A stretch of 64,000 bases of DNA from an uncultured Alphaproteobacteria bacterium. Its GTDB lineage: Bacteria; Pseudomonadota; Alphaproteobacteria; HIMB59; GCA-002718135. Made by a program: the position numbers and the translations under genes. Below the pieces are notes generated by a model that was given only the letters and a program-made list of their open reading frames with translations, made no database searches and was not told where the DNA came from. Positions 10,838 through 21,553 of the stretch are shown here, piece after piece (position 1 is the stretch's first letter; every line of letters starts with the position of its first letter). The DNA lies in assembly GCA_902622475.1 (NCBI GenBank), contig CACNPW010000001.1, positions 2,217 to 66,216 on the forward strand, read 5' to 3'.

Positions 10838-11521
10838 TTGAAAAATAAATTAAACCATATAGCCTTAATTCTTGATGGTAACAAAAGGTGGGCACAAAAA
10901 AATAATTTAAGAAACATTTATGGATATACTAAAGGTTTTGAAAATATAAAAAAAATTGTAAAATATTCATTATCTTTGAAAATTTCGAACTTAACATTGT
11001 TTACCCTGTCCTCTGAAAACTACAATAGATCTTCAGTAAATTTAATTTATAAAATAATATATGAAAACTTTACTAATGTATTTGAAGAATTAGTAAGAAA
11101 AAATGGAGTTAAGGTAAATATATTTGGAGATAGAAAAAACTTACCAACTAAAATTATTGATATTTTTGATAAAATTGAAAATTTATCATCAAATAATAAA
11201 TCACTTAATTTACATATTGCTTTCAATTATGGATTTAAAAATGAAATCAAGGATGTTTTAGAAAAGATAAAAAATAATGATGTAAAAATTAATTTAAAAA
11301 AAAAAATTGATGTAGATAAGCTTTTTTACCTAGGCACAATTCCAGATCCGGATATACTAATAAGAACTGGTGGGTATCAAAGATTAAGTAATTTTATAAT
11401 GTATAAACTCACTTATACAGAATTATTTTTTACTAAAACATTGTGGCCAGAATTTTCAGAGAGTGAATTATCATCAATTATTAATAAATTTCTTATAATT
11501 GACAGAAAATATGGTTTATAA
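10838..11521 (+). CDS. uppS: Undecaprenyl diphosphate synthase (TTG start)
   Basis: HIALILDGNKRWA and IRTGGYQRLSNF motifs. Confidence 0.92.
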   Translation: MKNKLNHIALILDGNKRWAQKNNLRNIYGYTKGFENIKKIVKYSLSLKISNLTLFTLSSENYNRSSVNLIYKIIYENFTNVFEELVRKNGVKVNIFGDRKNLPTKIIDIFDKIENLSSNNKSLNLHIAFNYGFKNEIKDVLEKIKNNDVKINLKKKIDVDKLFYLGTIPDPDILIRTGGYQRLSNFIMYKLTYTELFFTKTLWPEFSESELSSIINKFLIIDRKYGL

Positions 11522-12134
11522 AAATTTTTTTTTAAGATCTGTATTTTCATTCTTGTTTATAATTATTTATCTGATTATTTCATTTATAAATTTTAGTTAT
11601 TTTTTCTATGTAATATTTTTCATATACGCTTTGATAATTTTTGAAATTTTTATTTATTTTAAAAAAAATAAATTATTCCCTATTTTATATATTTTAATAT
11701 CTTTTGTATTTTTTTTAATGATAGAGTTTAGGAATTTTGAATTTAAAGTATTTAATTTATTTATATTCTCTATTATTATGTTTGATACATTTTCTTATTT
11801 GACTGGAAAAATTTTAGGAAAAAATCAATTAATAAAAATAAGTCCGAATAAAACTATTGAGGGATTTGTAGGTGGTTTTATTTTATCTTTTGTGCTAAGT
11901 ATTCTTTTTTCGTATTTTCTTAAAATTAATATAAATTTATACTTATTTTTATTTATTATTTTAATTATACTAACCGGTTTTGTAGGAGATATCATTCAAT
12001 CATATTTTAAAAGAATTAATCATCTTAAAAATTCTAGTGAATTTATACCAGGTCATGGAGGAGTTTTTGATAGGTTTGATAGTTTTTTATTTTCAATAAT
12101 TTTTTATTCTATATCTATAAATTTTTTATTATGA
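11511..12134 (+). CDS. cdsA: Phosphatidate cytidylyltransferase
   Basis: Polytopic membrane protein. C-terminal signature SYFKRINHLKNSSEFIPGHGGVFDRFDS. The start is either ATG 11511 or TTG 11499. Confidence 0.9.
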   Translation: MVYKNFFLRSVFSFLFIIIYLIISFINFSYFFYVIFFIYALIIFEIFIYFKKNKLFPILYILISFVFFLMIEFRNFEFKVFNLFIFSIIMFDTFSYLTGKILGKNQLIKISPNKTIEGFVGGFILSFVLSILFSYFLKININLYLFLFIILIILTGFVGDIIQSYFKRINHLKNSSEFIPGHGGVFDRFDSFLFSIIFYSISINFLL

Positions 12135-13282
12135 ATATTAATATTTACGGAAGTACAGGAATTATAGGTAAAAAAACGCTTGAACTTATTGATAGTAATT
12201 TTCCAAATTTAAAAATTAATTTGTTATGCGCAAAATCAAATTCCAAATTATTAAAAAAACAAATTATTAAATTTAAACCAAAATATGCTTTTCTTGATGA
12301 AATAAATAAATTTGCAAAATATAATTACAAAATTAATAAAACAAAAATTCTTAATTTTGAAGAACTACTAAGTTATTTAAAGTCTAGTAAATCTGATTTT
12401 AGTATATTAGCTATATCAGGTTATAAATCTTTATACTTTTTAGATAGTATAATTCAAAACACTAATAATTTAGGTATTGTAAGTAAAGAAGCCATAGTTT
12501 CGGCTGGGCATATTTTTAAAAAAAAAAAATATTTTATCAAAACAAATATTTATCCTTTAGATTCTGAGCATTTCTCACTACATGAATTTTTTAAAAAAAA
12601 AGAAATTAATAATTCAATAAAAAATATTATTCTAACTGCCTCTGGCGGACCATTTTATAAAAAGAAATTTAGTACTTTAAAAAACATTAATTTTTCTCAA
12701 GCAATAAAACATCCAAAATGGGAAATGGGTTATAAAAACAGTATTGATTCTGCTACTCTTGTTAACAAATGTTTAGAGTTAATTGAAGCACATTACCTGT
12801 TTGATATTCCTTTTGAAAAGTTAAAAATTTTAATTCATCCTGAAGCTATTGTACATTCTATTGTTGAATATGATAATTTTGTAACACATTTTAATTTATT
12901 CAAAAATGATATGAAAATTCCTTTATTAAATTTTTTGAACTCATCTAGTCTAAAATCAATAAAGAAAAATAATGTATTATTTCTTAAAAAATACGAGACA
13001 TTAGATTTTCAAGATGTAAAAAATGAAATTTTTCCAATTTATAAATTTTTTCTAAAAATTGATAAGAAAAGACCAGAAAATATAATTAAATTTAATATCG
13101 GAAATGAATTTGCCGTTAATTTATTTAAAAATAAAAAAATTAACTATACAGATATTTACAAGATTATCAAAAAAGTAACATCTTTAAATTTGTATTCTTC
13201 AGTAAACACCATTAAAGGTATAATTAAATATCATGAAGAAATTGAAAACAAATTACAAAAAATTTCACTTAATAATTTATAG
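12131..13282 (+). CDS. dxr: 1-deoxy-D-xylulose-5-phosphate reductoisomerase
   Basis: IYGSTGIIGKKTL, LDSEHFSL, LTASGGPF and HPKWEMG motifs. Confidence 0.93.
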   Translation: MNINIYGSTGIIGKKTLELIDSNFPNLKINLLCAKSNSKLLKKQIIKFKPKYAFLDEINKFAKYNYKINKTKILNFEELLSYLKSSKSDFSILAISGYKSLYFLDSIIQNTNNLGIVSKEAIVSAGHIFKKKKYFIKTNIYPLDSEHFSLHEFFKKKEINNSIKNIILTASGGPFYKKKFSTLKNINFSQAIKHPKWEMGYKNSIDSATLVNKCLELIEAHYLFDIPFEKLKILIHPEAIVHSIVEYDNFVTHFNLFKNDMKIPLLNFLNSSSLKSIKKNNVLFLKKYETLDFQDVKNEIFPIYKFFLKIDKKRPENIIKFNIGNEFAVNLFKNKKINYTDIYKIIKKVTSLNLYSSVNTIKGIIKYHEEIENKLQKISLNNL

Positions 13283-15506
13283 TTTATTTCTTATTCTTTT
13301 TATATGCAGAACTACATTTTCAAATGATATTATTTTTAATATTCAAGGTAATAAATTTACAGATTCTGATGCTATACTTTCTTTATTAAAAGAAATTCCA
13401 CAAACTACTAATTTAGATTATAGCAATGAGATAATCAAAACTTTAAATAATTCTAATTTATTTTCAAATGTTGAAATTTTATTCAAAGAAAATATTTACA
13501 CAATAATTGTAAAAGAATATCCAAATATTAACAAAATTAAATTTGATAATAACGATAGGTTAAAAGATGATGATCTGGAATTAATAATTAAAGAAATTAA
13601 TTATAATACATATAATGATGTTCAAACAAAAATCTTCATAAATGAAACTATAAAATTATATGAGTCTTTTGGTTATAACAATGTAAATATCACTTACTCT
13701 AAAAAATTAAATAACGAAAATAACACAGTTGATTTATTTTTTGATATAGACGAAGGAAAGATTACAAAAATAAATAAAATATTAATATATGGTAATAAAT
13801 CAATTAAGTCACAAGAAATAATAAATTTAATAACTTCAAAAACAAAATCATTAAAAAATTTATTTGCTAACAATAATTTTAAGCCTGCAATAGTTGAAAG
13901 AGATAAATTTATAATTACTAATTATTATAAAAATCAAGGTTATATTGACATAAATGTGCAATATAAAATTGAATATCTTCAAAATAATAAAGTTGATATT
14001 TACTTTTATTTAGAAGAAGGTAATTCTTATCAACTATCTAAAGTAGATATAATTGATAGTAAAAATATTTTAAGTAAAGAAATAATTGATTTAATAAATT
14101 CTGAAAAAAATTCTTTTCAATCTGATCAAAAATTTTTCTCTGCAGATAATATTAAAAATTTCAGGCAAAAAATTTCTGATATTATTATAAATAGTGGAAT
14201 TGATTTTTTTGAAATAGTAACTTTGGATCAAGTTTCAGAAAATAAAGTAAATATATTATTTCAGATTAAACCTATTTCACCTAAATACACAAAACAAATT
14301 AATATTATTGGCAATAATAGAACGTTTGATTATGTGATTAGAAGAGAGCTTAGCCTAGCTGAAGGCGATGCTTTCAATGATATTCAATTAAAGAATATAA
14401 GAGATAAATTACTTTCCTTAAAACTTTTTGAAACTGTAGATATTAATGAGGAAGAACTTGATGATAATTTAAGTAATTTAACAATAGTTGTAAAAGAGAA
14501 ACAAACTGGTAGTTTTAATGCAGGAGTTTCGATTGGTACTTTAGATGGTTTTGCGATTGTAACTGGATTGAGTGAGAAAAACTTTTACGGTACTGGTAGA
14601 TCTTTAGATGTACTTGTTAATACCTCCAATGATAATAATGAATATAAAATTATTACAACAGATAGATTATCTTATGAAAATGATGCAGATATCAGTTACA
14701 AAATTAATTATAAACAAAGAGATTATTCTAAATCAAGTTCTTATAAATTAGATACCTTAAGCTCTGGTGTTGGTTTAGGTTATAAATTGAATAATAATTT
14801 CTACCATAGTTTTGATCTAGAATACGTATTAAAAGATTATAAGATAACTGATAACACTAGTGTTTCTAAATCTATTTTAGACTCTTCAGGTGGAAATATG
14901 AGCTTTTTAATTAAGAATAATTTCCGATACTCCACACTTAATCCAGGATTCATATCAAGAAAAGGAAATTATTTAAATTTTAATAACACAATTGAAACAC
15001 CAACAAGCTCAGCTAATGGATTTGTGAGAAATATCATTTCTTTAAAGAAATTTTATACATTATCAAATAAAGATATATTTGCGATACAATCAAAAATTGG
15101 GAATATTTTTTCACTAAATAATAATGATATTTTAACTGATGATAAGTTTTCTCTTGGAGGCAGATGGTTAAGAGGTTTTGATAATTATGGAGTGGGACCT
15201 CGTAATTCTAGAAGTTCATATATCGGAGGTAATAACTTAATAGCAACAAAATTTGATTATTCACATGAAATTACCAATAACACTAATTTTCCTATCTTTC
15301 TCAATGTTTTTAACGATTATGGTATAATATGGGAAAATAAAACTAAACCAACTCATAGTGATAATAGCTTAAGATCATCAGCCGGTTTTGGTTTAAAGTT
15401 TTATTCAGCAATAGGCCCAATTGGATTTACTTGGGGTTTTCCGATTTTAGACAAAGAATATGATATTAAACGAATGTTTTTATTTTCTATAGGAAATATA
15501 GATTGA
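13233..15506 (+). CDS. bamA: Outer membrane protein assembly factor BamA
   Basis: Signal peptide, POTRA-like repeats, and an Omp85 barrel with GGRWLRGF and GPIGFTWGFP. 50-nt overlap with dxr. Confidence 0.92.
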   Translation: MKKLKTNYKKFHLIIYSLFLILFICRTTFSNDIIFNIQGNKFTDSDAILSLLKEIPQTTNLDYSNEIIKTLNNSNLFSNVEILFKENIYTIIVKEYPNINKIKFDNNDRLKDDDLELIIKEINYNTYNDVQTKIFINETIKLYESFGYNNVNITYSKKLNNENNTVDLFFDIDEGKITKINKILIYGNKSIKSQEIINLITSKTKSLKNLFANNNFKPAIVERDKFIITNYYKNQGYIDINVQYKIEYLQNNKVDIYFYLEEGNSYQLSKVDIIDSKNILSKEIIDLINSEKNSFQSDQKFFSADNIKNFRQKISDIIINSGIDFFEIVTLDQVSENKVNILFQIKPISPKYTKQINIIGNNRTFDYVIRRELSLAEGDAFNDIQLKNIRDKLLSLKLFETVDINEEELDDNLSNLTIVVKEKQTGSFNAGVSIGTLDGFAIVTGLSEKNFYGTGRSLDVLVNTSNDNNEYKIITTDRLSYENDADISYKINYKQRDYSKSSSYKLDTLSSGVGLGYKLNNNFYHSFDLEYVLKDYKITDNTSVSKSILDSSGGNMSFLIKNNFRYSTLNPGFISRKGNYLNFNNTIETPTSSANGFVRNIISLKKFYTLSNKDIFAIQSKIGNIFSLNNNDILTDDKFSLGGRWLRGFDNYGVGPRNSRSSYIGGNNLIATKFDYSHEITNNTNFPIFLNVFNDYGIIWENKTKPTHSDNSLRSSAGFGLKFYSAIGPIGFTWGFPILDKEYDIKRMFLFSIGNID

Positions 15507-16036
15507 AAATAACTTATTTAATAATTTTTATTATATTAAATAGTTTCTGTTCAACTTTAGTAGCGCAATCAATAGTTGTTGTGAATATACAATTATTAAT
15601 AGATAAAAACCCCAATTATCTCGCCTCATTAGAATCTTTAGAAAAAAGTCAAAAAAAATACTTAAATGATTTTAAAGAACAAGAAAATAAGTTAAAAAAA
15701 ATGTTAGAAGATATAGAAACATCAAAATTAATTTTAAATGAAAATGAAATCAATACTCAAATTGAAAGTTATAATAAGCAGCTTAACGAATTCTCAATTC
15801 TTGTAGAAGAGTTTAATTTTCATTACCAGAATCAAATAATTGAAATGAGGGAAAGTTTGCTTAAAGAAATAATTAGTTTATTGGAATACTATGCTATTAG
15901 TAATAAAATTGATCTAATTTTGGATTCAACAAGTTATTTGATTGCTTCAAATACAATAGATATAACTGAAGACATTAAAAAAAAGCTAGATGAAATAAAT
16001 ATTAATTTGGAATACAGAGACTTTGAAAAAAATTAA
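15503..16036 (+). CDS. skp: OmpH/Skp-family periplasmic chaperone
   Basis: Signal peptide followed by a long coiled-coil-like region. Conserved position between bamA and lpxD. Confidence 0.8.
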   Translation: MKITYLIIFIILNSFCSTLVAQSIVVVNIQLLIDKNPNYLASLESLEKSQKKYLNDFKEQENKLKKMLEDIETSKLILNENEINTQIESYNKQLNEFSILVEEFNFHYQNQIIEMRESLLKEIISLLEYYAISNKIDLILDSTSYLIASNTIDITEDIKKKLDEININLEYRDFEKN

Positions 16037-17012
16037 GTATACAGATATAAAAAATATATTAGAATCTAACTCCTTAGAAGTAAAGTCTAATATTTCTAAT
16101 CAAGAAATATTTAATAAAATTAAAACTTTATCTAATGCATCAGAAAAAGATTTATCCTTTTTTTCTAATCAAAAATATTTTAAAGATTTAAAAAAAACTA
16201 AAGCTAAAGCATGTTTAATTCAAGAAAAGTTTGCTGAGTTTTTACCTATTTCTTGCTCACCAATTATAGTAGAAGATCCATATTTAGCTTTGGCTTTAAT
16301 AAGTTATCTTTTCAATAATGAAAATCAATTAATTTCTAATGGTATTATTTCAAAAAACTCTATGATTAGCTCTAAAAGTAAAATTCATGATAATGTTCAA
16401 ATTAATTCTTACACAATTTTAAATGAAAATTGTGAGATAGGTAAAAATGTATTTATTGGATCAAATTCTAATATTGGACCAAATGTAAAAATAAATAATA
16501 ATGTAATTATTCACGATAACGTATCTATTGCAAATGCAATTATAATGGAAAATTGTATAATACAATCTGGAGTTAGAATTGGCGGTACAGGCTTTGGTTT
16601 TGAAATGCAAACTAAGCAAAAAATATACCATAGTGGAAATGTGATTATCGGAAAAAATTCATCAATTGGATCAAATACTACAATTGATAGAGCAGTTTTT
16701 GATTCCACTTCTATAGGAGATTTTGCTAATATAGATAATTTAGTTCAAATAGCTCATAATGTTATTATTGGCGATAATGCAATTATAGCCGCTCAAGTTG
16801 GTTTTGCAGGTAGTACAAAAATTGGCAATAATGTTAAAATTGGAGGACAAGCTGGTATTGCAGGCCATTTAATTATTGGTGATAATGTAACTATAGCTGC
16901 TAAAAGTGGAGTAACAAAAAATATACCTGATAATAAAATTGTTGCGGGATTTCCTGCTAAAGATATTAAATTATGGAAAAAAGAGGTAATTAAAAATAGT
17001 TTAAGAAAATGA
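16023..17012 (+). CDS. lpxD: UDP-3-O-acylglucosamine N-acyltransferase (TTG start)
   Basis: Long run of hexapeptide repeats (IGxNxxI), an LpxD-type N-terminal domain, and synteny. Confidence 0.92.
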   Translation: MKKIKYTDIKNILESNSLEVKSNISNQEIFNKIKTLSNASEKDLSFFSNQKYFKDLKKTKAKACLIQEKFAEFLPISCSPIIVEDPYLALALISYLFNNENQLISNGIISKNSMISSKSKIHDNVQINSYTILNENCEIGKNVFIGSNSNIGPNVKINNNVIIHDNVSIANAIIMENCIIQSGVRIGGTGFGFEMQTKQKIYHSGNVIIGKNSSIGSNTTIDRAVFDSTSIGDFANIDNLVQIAHNVIIGDNAIIAAQVGFAGSTKIGNNVKIGGQAGIAGHLIIGDNVTIAAKSGVTKNIPDNKIVAGFPAKDIKLWKKEVIKNSLRK

Positions 17013-17443
17013 TATTAAATATTAATGAAATTAAAGAATTAATTCCTCATAGAGATCCATTTTTATTTGTAGATACTTGTGAAATAGTAGTGCCAGGTGC
17101 TCATGGTAAATCACAAAAAATTTTTTCTAATAATGAATATTTCTTCAAAGGTCATTTTCCAAATAATCCAATTGTTCCAGGTGTAATTATTGTTGAGGCG
17201 ATGGCTCAAACTGCTGGTATTGTAGTGTCATATAAACTAAAAGAGTTTAAAGAAAAATCAGTGTTATTTATGAGTGTTAATAAAGCAAAGTTCAGAAAAC
17301 CTATCTTACCAAATGAAATGGTGTCGTTTGAAGTTAAGTTTATGAATAGTGTTAGAGATGTCTATAAATTTGAAGGTAATTGCTATAAAGAAAATATAAA
17401 AGTAAGTGAAGCTGAATTTTCAGCTATGATAACGTATAAGTAA
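17009..17443 (+). CDS. fabZ: 3-hydroxyacyl-ACP dehydratase
   Basis: [12 protein letters not shown] and [20 protein letters not shown] motifs. Confidence 0.95.
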   Translation: MILNINEIKELIPHRDPFLFVDTCEIVVPGAHGKSQKIFSNNEYFFKGHFPNNPIVPGVIIVEAMAQTAGIVVSYKLKEFKEKSVLFMSVNKAKFRKPILPNEMVSFEVKFMNSVRDVYKFEGNCYKENIKVSEAEFSAMITYK

Positions 17444-17503
17444 TAATTAGAAATATATTATTTATTTTAAGTTATATATTCATAATTTAATAGAGTTATA
17501 CCT

Positions 17504-18289
17504 ATGATACATCCTTCAGCTATTATTGCAAAAAATGCAGAAATTCATGAAACAACAAATATTGGCCCTTTCTGTATCATTGGGGATGGCGTTAAAATTG
17601 GAGAATATAATAATATAATTTCTCATGTTTCTATCGTTGGTGATACAACTATAGAAAATAGTAATACTTTTTATCCATTTTGCTCAATTGGATCTGAACC
17701 TCAAGATTTAAAATATAATAAAGAAAAATCGTATTTAAAAATCGGCAGTAATAATAAATTTAGAGAAAATGTTACCGTAAATCCAGGAACATCTGGTGGA
17801 GGCTTAAATACAATTATAGCTGATAATTGTTTATTTATGGTAGGTTCGCATGTGGCACATGATTGTATTATTAAATCAAATGTTATTTTAGCCAATAATG
17901 CCACTCTTGCAGGACATGTAGAAATTGATCATAATGCAATTTTAGGAGGTAATTCAGCAATTCATCAATTTGTTAGAATAGGAAAATATGCAATGATTGG
18001 TGGTATGAGCGGTGTTGAAAAAGATATCATTCCATATGGTTTATATACAGGAATAAGAGAAAATTTGAAAAGCTTAAACCTTATTGGTTTAAAAAGAAAA
18101 GGCTTAACATCTAATGCAATCAATGAAATTAAAAATCTCATAAATATAATTTTTGATAACAATGATACAATTGAAAATAATATTAAAAATAATTTTGTTG
18201 AAAGTTCTGAAATTTTAGAAATTAAGGAAGTAATTGAATTTCTGAACTCAAATTCAAAAAGAGGTATTACCACTTTTGAAAATGACTAA
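17504..18289 (+). CDS. lpxA: Acyl-ACP--UDP-N-acetylglucosamine O-acyltransferase
   Basis: IHPSAII start, hexapeptide repeats, helical C-terminal domain. Confidence 0.93.
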   Translation: MIHPSAIIAKNAEIHETTNIGPFCIIGDGVKIGEYNNIISHVSIVGDTTIENSNTFYPFCSIGSEPQDLKYNKEKSYLKIGSNNKFRENVTVNPGTSGGGLNTIIADNCLFMVGSHVAHDCIIKSNVILANNATLAGHVEIDHNAILGGNSAIHQFVRIGKYAMIGGMSGVEKDIIPYGLYTGIRENLKSLNLIGLKRKGLTSNAINEIKNLINIIFDNNDTIENNIKNNFVESSEILEIKEVIEFLNSNSKRGITTFEND

Positions 18290-19094
18290 AATAGGAATAA
18301 TTGCTGGAGATGGTAATTTGCCTCTATATATTGGTAAATCACTATTAAGTAAAAATTACGATGTTACATTTTTATCTTTAAATAATAAAAATAATAAATT
18401 TTATAATAACCATCATGTTGTAGATTTAGATATCTTATCAGTAAAAAAAATTTTTAAAGTTTTAGATTCAAATAAAATAAAACATATAATATTTGCAGGA
18501 AGTATAAAAAGACCTGGTATTAAAGATTTAGGTTTTGATTTGCCAACATTGTTACTTGCTAAAAGTCTTTTATTAGAAAAAAAAGGAGACAACAATCTTT
18601 TAATGAGCTTGAAAAAATACTTTGAAACTAAAGGATATATTTTTTTTAATTGGACTAAACATTGCAAAGAATTATTTTCAACTGAAATAAATTTAACAAA
18701 AATCAAGCCTTCTAAAAATGCAATTCTAAATTTAAAAAAAGCAAAATCAATATATCATATTTATAAGAAATTAGATGTTGGTCAGGCTATGATAATTCAA
18801 AATCAATTAGTTTTAGGATTAGAAGCTATAGAAGGCACAGATGAATTGTTAAAAAGATGCAAAGAATATAAAAGAAAAGATGATAATGGTGTACTATTTA
18901 AATTTTCAAAACAAAACCAGAGTAACCTAATTGATATTCCTTTAATTGGCTTAGATACTATGAAAAATTTAAAAAAATATAATTATGAAGGTGTATTTTT
19001 GCAAAAAAATAAGTGTTTAATTTTAGATAAGAAAAAAATTATTGATTATGCTAGTCAAAATAACTTATTTATCTCATCAGTCGATCTAAATTGA
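18282..19094 (+). CDS. lpxI: UDP-2,3-diacylglucosamine hydrolase, LpxI (DUF1009) type
   Basis: IGIIAGDGNLP and GQAMIIQNQLVLGLEAIEGTDELLKR motifs. It sits between lpxA and lpxB, as in Caulobacter-type clusters. Confidence 0.85.
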   Translation: MTKIGIIAGDGNLPLYIGKSLLSKNYDVTFLSLNNKNNKFYNNHHVVDLDILSVKKIFKVLDSNKIKHIIFAGSIKRPGIKDLGFDLPTLLLAKSLLLEKKGDNNLLMSLKKYFETKGYIFFNWTKHCKELFSTEINLTKIKPSKNAILNLKKAKSIYHIYKKLDVGQAMIIQNQLVLGLEAIEGTDELLKRCKEYKRKDDNGVLFKFSKQNQSNLIDIPLIGLDTMKNLKKYNYEGVFLQKNKCLILDKKKIIDYASQNNLFISSVDLN

Positions 19095-20218
19095 AAAAAA
19101 TAAAAATTTTTGTTTGTTGTACTGAACAATCTGGTGAAAATATTTGTTCAAATATTTTATCAAGAATGAATATAGATAAATACCAATTTGATGGAGTTTG
19201 CGGCAAACAATCTGAAAAATATATTTCTAACAAAATTTATGATTTATCAGAATTTAAATCTATTGGGCTTTTTGAAATAATACTTTCAATTTCAAAATAT
19301 TTAAAAATGATAAGAAGATTAAAAAACTATATTATTAAAAATGATTATGATTTAGTTTTAACCATAGATTCACCAGATTTTAATTATAACCTTGTAAACC
19401 AATTAAGAAAATCAAATTATAAAAATAAAATAATACATGTAGTTGCTCCAACTGTTTGGGCTTGGAGATCATATAGGGCGAGGAAATTTGCAAATATTTT
19501 TGATGAAATTTTTCTATTGTTTAATTTTGAAAAAAAATATTTCAATTTTGATAATATAAATAAAACTTTTATTGGACATCCAATTTTTCATATAAAAAAA
19601 AGAGAGAATAAAGGTAAATATCAGTACCTCTCTTTTTTACCAGGTAGTAGACAAAATGAAGTATTAAAACTTATGAAATATTTCAGTTATATAGAAAAAT
19701 ACATATCTAAGAATAATTTTAATTATAAAATATTTATTCCAACTTTGCCTCATCTAGCCTCTTTAATTAAAGAAAATACTAAACAATGGAAAACAGAGAC
19801 TATAATCTCAACTGATATGAGTAAATTTGATGAATATTATGAAGATGTCTATATAAGTATAACTTGCTCTGGTACTGCCTCTTTAGAAATTGCCAAAAGG
19901 AATATTCCTCAAATAGTAATCTATAAACTTAATTTTTTCACAGAAATTTTAATCAAGCCTTTTGTAAGAGTGAAATACGCAAATCTTATAAATATTATAA
20001 GTAACAAAATGATTATTCCAGAAGTTGTGAACTCAAATTTAAATGAAAAAAAGTTATTAAATATTTTTATAAATTTATTTAATGATAGAAAAAAACAAGA
20101 AACTCAAATTAACTCAATTAATATGCATCTTAAAGAAATTGTTAATGATTTTAGTCCTTATGATGTGAGTGTTAATCGTATAAATAAGTTAATTAATCCT
20201 TCTTCCAAAGCCAATTAA
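19091..20218 (+). CDS. lpxB: Lipid-A-disaccharide synthase (TTG start)
   Basis: GT19-like: EQSGENI near the N terminus, [17 protein letters not shown]. Confidence 0.9.
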   Translation: MKKIKIFVCCTEQSGENICSNILSRMNIDKYQFDGVCGKQSEKYISNKIYDLSEFKSIGLFEIILSISKYLKMIRRLKNYIIKNDYDLVLTIDSPDFNYNLVNQLRKSNYKNKIIHVVAPTVWAWRSYRARKFANIFDEIFLLFNFEKKYFNFDNINKTFIGHPIFHIKKRENKGKYQYLSFLPGSRQNEVLKLMKYFSYIEKYISKNNFNYKIFIPTLPHLASLIKENTKQWKTETIISTDMSKFDEYYEDVYISITCSGTASLEIAKRNIPQIVIYKLNFFTEILIKPFVRVKYANLINIISNKMIIPEVVNSNLNEKKLLNIFINLFNDRKKQETQINSINMHLKEIVNDFSPYDVSVNRINKLINPSSKAN

Positions 20219-21551
20219 AAATTGATTTTTTTTCTCTAGAAGATTCAACTTGATAAGGCCTAGCTTTATAACCAGTGTATAATTGACGAGGTCTGCCAAT
20301 TTTATTAATAGGATCTTCTATCATTTCTTTCCATTGTGATATCCATCCTACAGTTCTTCCTATTGCAAATAGCACTGTAAACATGCTTGTAGGGAAACCT
20401 AATGCTTTTAGAATTATACCTGAATAGAAATCTACATTTGGGAATAATTTTTTACTAATAAAATATTCATCTTTCAGAGCTATTTTTTCTAATTCTATTG
20501 CAATTTTAAGTAATGGATCATCTTGCATATTTAACTCTTCTAAAACCTCATGTGCACTTTCTTTCATCACAGTGGCTCTTGGATCATAGTTTTTATAAAC
20601 TCTATGCCCAAAACCCATTAATCTAAAAGAGTCATTTTTATCTTTAGCCTTATCTATAAATTTTTGTATATTTGATACATCCCCAATCTCTTCTAACATT
20701 TTAATTACTGCTTCATTAGCTCCACCATGAGCAGGTCCCCATAAAGATGCAATACCAGCAGCAATACAAGCAAAAGGATTTGCGCCTGAGGAACCTGCCA
20801 ATCTTACTGTTGAAGTGGATGCATTTTGTTCATGATCAGCATGTAATGTAAAAAATCTATCCATTGCTCTAACAATTTTTGGATTCACCTTGTAATCTTC
20901 TGATGGTACAGAGAATGTCATGTATAAAAAATTTTCAGCATATGAAAGGTCATTTCTTGGATAAACAAATGGTTGACCAATGGAATATTTATAAGCCATT
21001 GCACCTATTGTGGGAATTTTTGCTATTAATCTATGACAGGCAATCATTCTTTGATTAATGTCTGAAAAATCAGTACTGTCATGATAAAAGGCGGAAAGGG
21101 CACCAACAACACCTACCATAATTGCCATAGGGTGCGCATCTCTACGAAAACCTCTGTATAAATTTACTAGTTGCTCATGCAACATTGTATGATTGGTTAT
21201 TACATCTTTAAATTTCTGCTTGTCTTCAGGTGAGGGTAATTCACCGTGCAGTAAAAGATAACAAACTTCAAGAAATTCACTTTTAGATGCCAAATCGTGT
21301 ATATCATAGCCTCTATGACGAAGAATTCCTTTTTCACCATCTATATATGTTATTCCAGATTCACATGATGCAGTTGAAGTAAAACCGGGATCAAAAGTAA
21401 ATAAACCTGTTTCTTGATAAAGTTTACGAATATCCAAAACATTTGGACCATCTTTACTTTCAATAAGTGGAATTTGATACGATTTACCACTCTCATTGTT
21501 GAATAGAGTAAACTGTTTATCGTTAACTTTTTTATCTTCGTAATCAGCCAT
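20193..21551 (-). CDS. gltA: Citrate synthase
   Basis: Signature [14 protein letters not shown], plus [10 protein letters not shown]. The 3' end overlaps the lpxB 3' end by 26 nt. Confidence 0.96.
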   Translation of the reverse strand: MADYEDKKVNDKQFTLFNNESGKSYQIPLIESKDGPNVLDIRKLYQETGLFTFDPGFTSTASCESGITYIDGEKGILRHRGYDIHDLASKSEFLEVCYLLLHGELPSPEDKQKFKDVITNHTMLHEQLVNLYRGFRRDAHPMAIMVGVVGALSAFYHDSTDFSDINQRMIACHRLIAKIPTIGAMAYKYSIGQPFVYPRNDLSYAENFLYMTFSVPSEDYKVNPKIVRAMDRFFTLHADHEQNASTSTVRLAGSSGANPFACIAAGIASLWGPAHGGANEAVIKMLEEIGDVSNIQKFIDKAKDKNDSFRLMGFGHRVYKNYDPRATVMKESAHEVLEELNMQDDPLLKIAIELEKIALKDEYFISKKLFPNVDFYSGIILKALGFPTSMFTVLFAIGRTVGWISQWKEMIEDPINKIGRPRQLYTGYKARPYQVESSREKKSIFNWLWKKD

Positions 21552-21553
21552 AT

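Noticed and set aside
11521-11760. T-rich, repetitive-looking stretch that might be a tandem repeat
   Set aside because: It is the coding sequence for the Phe/Ile/Leu-rich transmembrane helices of CdsA. No unit periodicity.
16511-18706. Four antisense ORFs (65-102 aa) opposite lpxD, lpxA and lpxI
   Set aside because: Hexapeptide-repeat genes give long stop-free antisense frames. No independent evidence.
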